NCBI RefSeq assembly: GCF_030611305.1
Contig: NZ_JAUWQB010000007.1
Location: 76 to 64,075, forward strand
Direction: 5' to 3'
Origin: Desulfobacula sp.
GTDB taxonomy: Bacteria > Desulfobacterota > Desulfobacteria > Desulfobacterales > Desulfobacteraceae
DNA: 64,000 nt
In this document: piece by piece, positions 9,561-18,500 of the stretch
How the letters are laid out: each line of letters opens with the position of its first letter
How positions within the stretch are numbered: the first letter of the stretch is position 1
Made by a program: the position numbers and the translations under genes
Notes under the pieces: model-generated
What the model was told of the DNA's origin: nothing
The model's input: the letters and a program-made list of their open reading frames with translations, nothing else
Databases searched by the model: none

Positions 9561-12500
9561 ATTTCATTGATGTATATGATCCGGTAACGCCGGGTTCCCC
9601 GTTTGCCAAGGATCAGGGAACAAAATTCCCTTTGATCCAGGGGCCCATGGCCAATATTTCGGATAATTCTGATTTTGCAAATAAGGTCCTTGAGCAGGGA
9701 GCTTTGCCGTTTTTTGCAGTGGGAAGTCTTCCTGAACAGCTGGCGGACGATATGCTCAAGGATGGTGCCCAAAAAGTGGATGTTTTCGGTGCAGGACTTG
9801 TGGGCATGGAAGCTTTTAATCCCGCGGTAAAAAAACATTTGGAGATGGTTAAAGAATATAAGGTCCCCTATGCGCTTTTTGCAGGAGGTATTCCTTCTCA
9901 GGTGGCAGAACTTGAAAAGGCAGGAACCAAAACATATCTTCATACGCCATCGGTATCTATGATGGAAAATGCCCTGAAAAATGGATGCAAACGGTTTATT
10001 TTTGAAGGCGGGGAAGCCGGCGGCCATGTGGGCACTCTTTCCAGCATGGTGCTGTGGGAAGATGCTATTGCCACACTGATCAATAAAAATTATGATCTCA
10101 CGGATTTATATTTGGTATTTGCCGGTGGCATTTCCACCTGCTTTGCATCATTTTTTATTTCAGGGCTCACATCTTTTCTTGCGGCCAAAGGGGCAAAAAT
10201 CGGTATCCAGGTGGGAACCGCTTACCTTTTTGCCGATGAAATTGTAGCAACCAAAAGTATTAAATCGCAGTACCAGGAAATCATTATCCGCGAAAATGAG
10301 ACAGTGGTGATCGGTAAAAGCTTAGGGTTGGCATCCAGGACCGCACCCACCGAGTTTGCCCGAAGGATGCTTGAAGACGAAGTTTTGATGATGAAAAACA
10401 AGGGAAATTTTGATGATATAAAGCGGTCCTTTGAAAAGAGAAATATCGGTTCGCTGCTCATCGGTGCAAAAGGGTTTATACCGGATTTTAAAAATCCGGG
10501 ACCTGAGAATTACACCTGGTTTGAAGATAAAGAACACAGGGAAAAGGGCAATTTTCTTGTGGGGGACAGCCTGGCCTTTTTTGATCGGTCAGTCACCATA
10601 AAAGAGATCCACGATAAATACTTTGAAGCCAAATCAACACTTTACACAAATATTAATTTTCTTGAAATATTTTCAAGCTCGAAAAATAAAATTAATGATG
10701 AGATTGCCGTGGTGGGTATCGGTTGTACGCTGCCGGATGCCGATGATCCGGACAGCTTGTGGGAAAATATTTTAAACAAAAAATATTCCATCAGCCAGAT
10801 ACCAAAGTCAAGATTTGACCATGATCTCTATTATGACCCTGACAAAAGTGCGGAAGATAAAACCTACACCACCCTTGCAGGACATATAGACCAGTTTGAG
10901 TTTGAATGGGAACGGTTCGGGTATGCTCAAGGAAAGGAAAAAAGACTTTCCCGCAGTCAGAAAATGGTGTTGCAGACCGCATACAAAGCAGTCGAAAATG
11001 CAGGGTTTCTGGGAGAAGACAACCGTCTGCTCTGTGATGATCCTGCAAGAACTGCTGTTATTATTGCCACCTGCCTTTCCAATGAACTGGGAAATGACCT
11101 TCAGCTCAAGTACTGGTATCCGGAACTTGTTTCCATGATGGAGAAAACAGATGAATATCAGACGTTAAGTGATAATGAAAAAGAGGAAGTCAAACAAGCC
11201 TTAATGGAAGGCATAGAAGGGGAGAACAAAGGATATGATCCTGTCCATGGTATGCTTTTGAACATCGAAGCCTCAAGGATTGCCCGTCACTTAGGTATCC
11301 GGGGTGCAAATTATGTTGTGGATGCTGCCTGCGCATCCTCTGTCACTGCACTTGACGCTGCAACAGATGAACTTTTGTCCGGTGAACACGACCAGGTCAT
11401 TGTGGGTGGGGTAAATACCAATCTGACACCTGAGGCCTTTATCGGGTTTGCAAAAATGGGAACCTTGTCCCAGGTTGGGTCATTCCCTTTTGATGAACGG
11501 GCTGACGGGTTCATTCTGGGAGAGGGATCGGTTGTTTTTGTATTAAAAAGAATGAAAGATGCGATCAGGGACAAGAACCGTATTCTGGGTGTCATCAATT
11601 CCATTGGTTCAAGTTCTGACGGCAAAGGAAAGGCCATTGCCGCACCAAACCCGAAGGGGCAGGTATTAAGCGTCCAGCGGTGTTTTGAAAATATTCGGCC
11701 CGGTATCAGCCCGGAAGATATCGGATTTATCGAAGCCCACGGAACCTCCACCACCATCGGTGATCAGGTAGAACTTGAGACCTTGAACTCCATATATAAG
11801 AATGCCAATGCAGGTATCTCTTCCATAAAATCTCAGATCGGCCATCTTTTAGGGTGTGCAGGATCAGCAGGGCTTTTAAAGGCATTACTAACTATTAACA
11901 AAGGAATCCTGCCACCCAATGGCAGGTTTGAAACCCTTTCAAAAAATCATGATTTAAAAGGCTCTTCCCTGTTTATTGTAAAAGAGCCAAAAGAATGGAA
12001 ATCTGAAGGTAACACATCCAGGAAGGCTGCTGTTTCTTCTTACGGGTTTGGCGGTATTAATTATCACATCGTGGTTGAGCAGATGACCGAGAACTATCAG
12101 GCAATTTCCCGGAATATTTTTATTGACCCTTCCTATGATTTTAATGACGACCGAATCGTGGTTGCAGGTCTCGGGGTTTTCCTTCCGGGTGCAAAAAATA
12201 CAGAGGAGTTCTGGGATAAACTTGAATCAGGACAAAAACAATTATCCCATATCCCGGCTGTTCACTTTGACAATGATGCCTATGCGAATCTTGATAAAAA
12301 TTCCACTTACAGGCTTCCCAAAGTAAAGGCGGGTATGGTCAAAGAACATAAGTTCAACAATTTGAAATATAGAATGCCCCCCATGATGGTAAAATCCATT
12401 GAAAGAGGACAGATCTTCGGACTGGAGGCAGCCAATGAGGCACTTGAAAGTTCGGGTCTGCTGGACCAGCTGTCTGCCGGCAATAAGGTTGGCGTGATCC

Positions 12501-15500
12501 TTGGTACCATTTCAGGAGAACGGCAGAGCAAAAATATTATCAGGGTTAGAAAACAATTTATTGGTAATATCATTAAAAATTGTCAGAAGCTTGATGCAAA
12601 AAAGCGCAACAAGGTTTCAGATGCGCTTGTGGAATCCATCCGGAATACAATTCCAGAGAATAATGAAGATACCACGCCCGGGCTTTTGTCCAATATTATC
12701 TCCGGCAGGATTGCCAATTATTTTGGTCTCAACGGGGCTAATTACGTGATTGATGCATCCTGTGCATCTTCCTCCATTGCCATAAGAAATGCGGCCAGGA
12801 ATTTAAAGCAGAAAGATCTTGATTTCGTCCTTGCAGGCGGGGTCGATTGCAATCTGTACCCGGCAGTCCTCATGGCATTTAAACGCCTCGGCCTGTTGTC
12901 GGAAGGGGACTGCAATTTTTATGATTCAAGGGCTGACGGGTATGTGATGGGAGAGGGCGCAGCCATCCATTTGATGACCACTTATAAAAAGGCCAGAGAA
13001 TATAATATGGAGATTCTGGGTGAGATCAACGAGTGCGCCGTACGCTCAAGCGTACCGGATCACCTGCTTGCCCCTTCGGAACAGACTTTTGTATCCACCA
13101 TAAACGAAACATATTATAAATCCGGGATCAGAAAACAGGATATCAATCATCTGGACCTGTTTGCATTTTCCAATATCTTTGGGGATATCGTTGAAAAGCA
13201 GGTGATTGAACATTGTTTTGATCATGAAATGCATTGTGGAAACATCAAATCCCAGTTCGGGTATTTCAAAGCTGCCAACCCGGCCGTTGCCATGGCAAAG
13301 CTTATGCTCATGAACCGCAAGGGAAAAATTCTGCCGGACTTTAATTATAATCCCGAGCATTCCATTTTAAATGATTGTAAAATTTTAAAGCCTGCCCGAC
13401 AGATGGTTGTAAAGCCCAAAGGGCAGCCCTTTAGATTTGCAGCCAATGTTAACGGTATTGGCGGAAACCATTGCCATATGATTATGAGCACATTGCCGGC
13501 CCGGCTTGAAAGGAAAGAAGAGGTTGTGGAAGTCGAATTCAAGGCGGCTGCAGGGGATGATATTGTATTAATAGATCATGCTTACTCTGCTGATAATATG
13601 GGTAAAAAATTGAGAATGGTTGCACTTCTTTCCGGCCAGGGTGCCCAGAGAAGCCGCATGATGAAGGAACTTTTCAAAAAAGATGCCCACATCAGAAAGG
13701 TGATGGAAAAAGGTGAACAAATCTTTATTGAACAAAGGGGGTATTCCCTTTTAGACATGATGTTTGGCACGGATGATGCCATTAACTCAACACAGAATAC
13801 TCAAGCCGCAGTCTTTCTTTCATCTGCTGCCATTTACAGCCGACTGTCCCGGGAAGGATTTTCACCCGATTACTTCATCGGTCACAGTGTGGGAGAATAC
13901 ACAGCCCTTTTTTGCAGCGGTATGCTTTCTTTTGGCGATGCCATGCGTCTGATCATCAAACGCTCGGATCTTATGCATGAGGCCACCTTAAAGGTTCCGG
14001 GTAAAATCATGGTGGTATTCAAAAATGAAAAAGAGACAGAGCATCTGATCAGAAAAGCCTTTGTGTCCAATATTTATATTACCAATAAAAACAGTGAAAA
14101 ACAGACGGCTGTCTCAGGAAAGGCTGAGGACATTGAAAAATTTTGCACCTTTTTGACCCAGCAGGAAATTTTCTATAAAAAATTGAATCTTACCGGGGCC
14201 TTTCATACCCCTTTACTGAAAGAAACTTCGGTAAAATTAAGGGCGTACCTGGATACCATAACCTTTAATGACACCCGGTTTGGAAAAATTATTTCCAATA
14301 CCACTGCAAGACCATATCCGGAAAGGCACGAAGATGTAAAAGATCTGCTGGCAAGGCAGATTATCTCACCAGTTGAATTTATTACATCTATTGAGAATGT
14401 ATATGTATCCGGCAGAACTCATTTTATAGAGATCGGTCCGTCAAGGCTGCTGGTGAATCTTTTGAAAAATATCAATATCGGAGAGTATGGCACGGCCGTG
14501 TCCGTGGATGCCAAAGTTGGAGAGGTGAAATCCTTTGAGGAATGCAGAAAATATTTACAGGACTGCAATAGTATTTTTGAGGCAAAACCTGTTCGAGTAA
14601 GTGAACCTGGAATTATCCCTGATATGAAAGAGGAGTTATCAAAAATAGAGATGTCTGAAGATTTCGAATCCTTTAAACAAAATAACCAAGGACTGGTTGA
14701 TCAGATCCTTTACAAGGAATATCAGCACCAGAAACGCCAATCAGCCATTGATGCCGTTGAAAGATATGATTTTAATACCAACAAAATATTGATTTCAGGT
14801 GTTTCTGTGGGGCTTCCGGGCAAAGCAAGACGTGTCTTTGCAACCGATAATTTTGATGCCATTCTCAATGGCGAAAATTTTATCGATTCCCTGACGGTTG
14901 AAGACCAGGAGAAAATTATTGATAAGAATATCACCAAGCTTTATAAACAGCCGGATGGGAATGCAAGGTTTGTCCAGATCACTAAAGCCGAAGATGTAAT
15001 CCATCTGGCAGGCCAGTTAGGGTATTTTGACCTCAATGATGAATACGGCATTAAAGAACAATACGATATCAGCATGGCCCTTGGTATTGCCGCAGGGATT
15101 GAAGCGTTAAAAGATGCGAACATACCCCTTGTCATGCAGTATAAAAAGATGAAAGACGGGAAGACCATGATTCCTGACGGGTTTGCTCTGCCTGAAGAAA
15201 TGCAGGAAGATACAGGGGTGATTATTACATCGTTATGGCCCAATGGAGAAACCATGATGTCAGAGTTTGAAAAATATTTTTATGAGAAAATGTTTCTAAA
15301 ACCCTATGAAGAGTTTGAAAAAATTTATTATTATCTCATGGAAAAAATAAAGGATCTTTCCATTAAAGAGCAGTTGACAGAGTGGTTTTTCAAGGCAAAG
15401 TCAAGAAAACGGTCGGATTTTGGTCCTTACAAGTTTGACAGGAATTTTTTGGCCAATGCCTGTCCTCTGGGATCTGCCCATCTGGCTCAGATTATCAAGG

Positions 15501-18500
15501 CCAAAGGTCCTAACACGCTGGTAAGTTCTGCCTGTGCATCCACTACCCTTGCCATTGGTATTGCCGAAGACTGGATCAGGGTCGGCCGATGTAAAAGAGT
15601 GCTTGTGGTTGGCGGTGAAAATGCGACCTCTCCGAGTCAGAATCAGTGGGTGGGATCAGGGTTCCTGGCACTTGGAGCCGCCACCATTAAAAAGAGAGTC
15701 TCAGAAGCGGCCAAACCCTTTGATGAAGATCGTAACGGCACCATCCTGGGTTCCGGTGCTGTGGGTCTTGTTGTTGAAAGCGAAAGCTGTGCAAAGAAAA
15801 GAGGCATGAACGGCCAGTGCGAGATTCTTGGCACCCATATCGCCAATTCCGCTTTTCACACCTATAATATTGATGTGCCCCATATGTCCCATGAGATGGA
15901 AAAATTTATCAATAAAGTGGAAAAACAAAATGGGATTAAGAAAGAAGACTATGCAGACAAGCTCCTTTTCATGTCCCATGAAACCTATACTCCGGCAAGG
16001 GGAGGCAGTGCCGATGCAGAAGTAACTGTCCTTGAAACAACCTTTGCCGATCACCTGGACAGCATCTGCATATCCAACACCAAGGGATTTACAGGCCATA
16101 CCCTTGGGGCTGCCATAGAAGATGTCGTGCTGGTCAAAGCCCTTCAGAAAAGAAAAGCCCCTCCCATTGCAAACCTTCAGAAAATACCCGAACATTTCAA
16201 GAAACTCAGTTTTTCCGGCCAGGAGAAAATTAATTCTGAGTATGGTCTCCATCTGGCTGCCGGGTTTGGCTCTCATTTTGCTTTCATGTTTGTCAAACGG
16301 GTAGAGGAAAATCCGGTTGAAGGCAATGTCCGATATCAGAACTGGATAAAACAAATCACCGGATCTGAAGATCCTGAACTCAAGATAATTGATAATACCC
16401 TGTGTGCTGTGGCCGGAGGAGAAGCCCTGCTGTCTCTAACAAAGGAAACAAGGAAAGTTGAAAAACCTGCAAAAGTAGCTATTCCTGCCATGCTGGCAGC
16501 ACCTGCGCCCGTTGCAGCAGTGAAAGAAACACCAGTCAAGGTTGAAACAAAACCTGTTGAAGAGACAACCGGAGGGGCATCTGAGGGAGTTCCTGCCTTT
16601 GAAACGGTTAAGTCAATTATTGCCGAGCAGACCGGATATGCGGCAGACATGCTGGAGAATGATCTGGATCTTGAAGCAGATCTTGGAATTGATACGGTGA
16701 AACAGGTTGAGATTTTTGCCAAGATTGCCTCTCATTTTGCTTTCTCAGTACCGGATGATTTAAAACTCAGGGATTTGAACACCATTGCCAAACTGGCCGA
16801 GTATATTGTTACAAGAGTTGATATGCCGGGTACAGAAACGAGCATTCCGACACCTGTCGCTGCTCAACCCGAGACACAATCGGCACCGGGAGCACAAGTC
16901 CCCTCTAATGCCATTGACAAGGTCAAGGAAGTAATCGCCGAGCAGACCGGATATGCGGCAGACATGCTGGAGAATGATCTGGACCTTGAAGCAGACCTTG
17001 GAATTGATACGGTGAAACAGGTTGAGATTTTTGCTAAGATTGCCTCTCATTTTGCTTTCTCAGTACCGGATGATTTAAAACTCAGGGATTTGAACACCAT
17101 TGCCAAACTGGCCGAGTATATCCAGTCCAGGGCCGGGGTTGTACAAGCGCCCCAAACAGAAGAAGCGGCTGATGTGGAAAACGATGAAGTTCCAATGGCA
17201 AGCGACATCTCCATTCCTTTAAATAAAGATGACGAATTTCCTGATCCGGTATCACCCATCAAACGGTTGATTGTAAGAGTCAGAGAATCCCAGATTCCTG
17301 AACTTTCCAAAAAGGACTTTAAAGGCAAAAAAATTATTGTTTCCCTTGACAGTCATGGGTTTGCCAAAAAAATTATTGAAAAGATAAAAAAGAAAAAGGG
17401 CGAGGTCATTACCATCGGCGGCAAGGGTGCGGATTTTAAGTTTGACCTGACCGATGTCAAAGCTACGGAAAAACGGGTGGAAGAATTTAAAGAAGCTTAT
17501 CCGGAAGTGAACGGGTTCATCCATCTGGCACCCCTTGACACCTATTTTGATAAGAAAGATGGAAAAGGTGATTCAGACGACTCCCTCAACACAACCATCA
17601 AATCTTTTTTTGTCATGATTAAAGCTCTGTTTGAAACCCTTGATCAAAAAGAGAATATCATTGGAACCATTACCTTTGATTCGGTTGTATTCCCGTATAT
17701 GGAAGACTGCGGTGATATCCATCCCATGTTTGCAGGCCTTGCAGGTCTTTTGAAAACCGTGAATAAGGAGATGCCGGACACCACGGTCAAGGTTGTGGAC
17801 TTTTCTTATAAACAGCCCAAAAAGAGCATAGGAAGGATTGCAGATATATTCTTAAATGAGCTTCTTTGCGACGATACAAGGGTAGAGGTGGGATACAAGA
17901 ATAAAAAGCGGTATGTCCTCTCCATGAAGCCTTCCATTGCAGACAAAACGCAGCAGATCATATCTGAGAATGACACTCTGCTGGTTACGGGAGGAGCCGG
18001 CGGAATTACCTATGAAATTATTAAAAAAGTGGTTGAAAACTATAAGGTCAACCTGATTATTCTGGATATCAATGACATTTACAGTACCGATCCAAAATAT
18101 CTGGATAAAGTATCCACCCAGGCAGACCTCATGGGCATTCTCAGAGACGATATGCCCGGGGTAAAACCCGTTGAAATCAAACGTGCCCTTGATCGCCTGA
18201 TGCGGGTTCGCCAGTCACTTGAAAATATTGAAACCCTTGAGTCGCTGGGTGTCAGTGTTGAGTATAATTGTGTGGATGTAACGGATTTTAAGGCGGTAAA
18301 GGCGGCCGTTAACAAGTATGACAGGATTGATGGAATTTTCCATGCCGCAGGCATGGAGATGAGCCAGTTTATCGCCAAAAAAGAGCTCTGGTCATTTGAG
18401 CTGGTGGTGGATGTCAAGGTCAAAGGCATGAGAAATCTTCTTCGCGCCTTCAAAGACAGAGAGTATAAATACTTTTTTACCTTCTCATCTGTAACAGCCC

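Noticed and set aside
15701-16354. 217-aa minus-strand ORF inside the megasynthase (and many similar antisense ORFs between 8.7 and 19.5 kb)
   Set aside because: They are antisense to a gene with continuous strong domain motifs, and their translations are low-complexity. They are chance ORFs.
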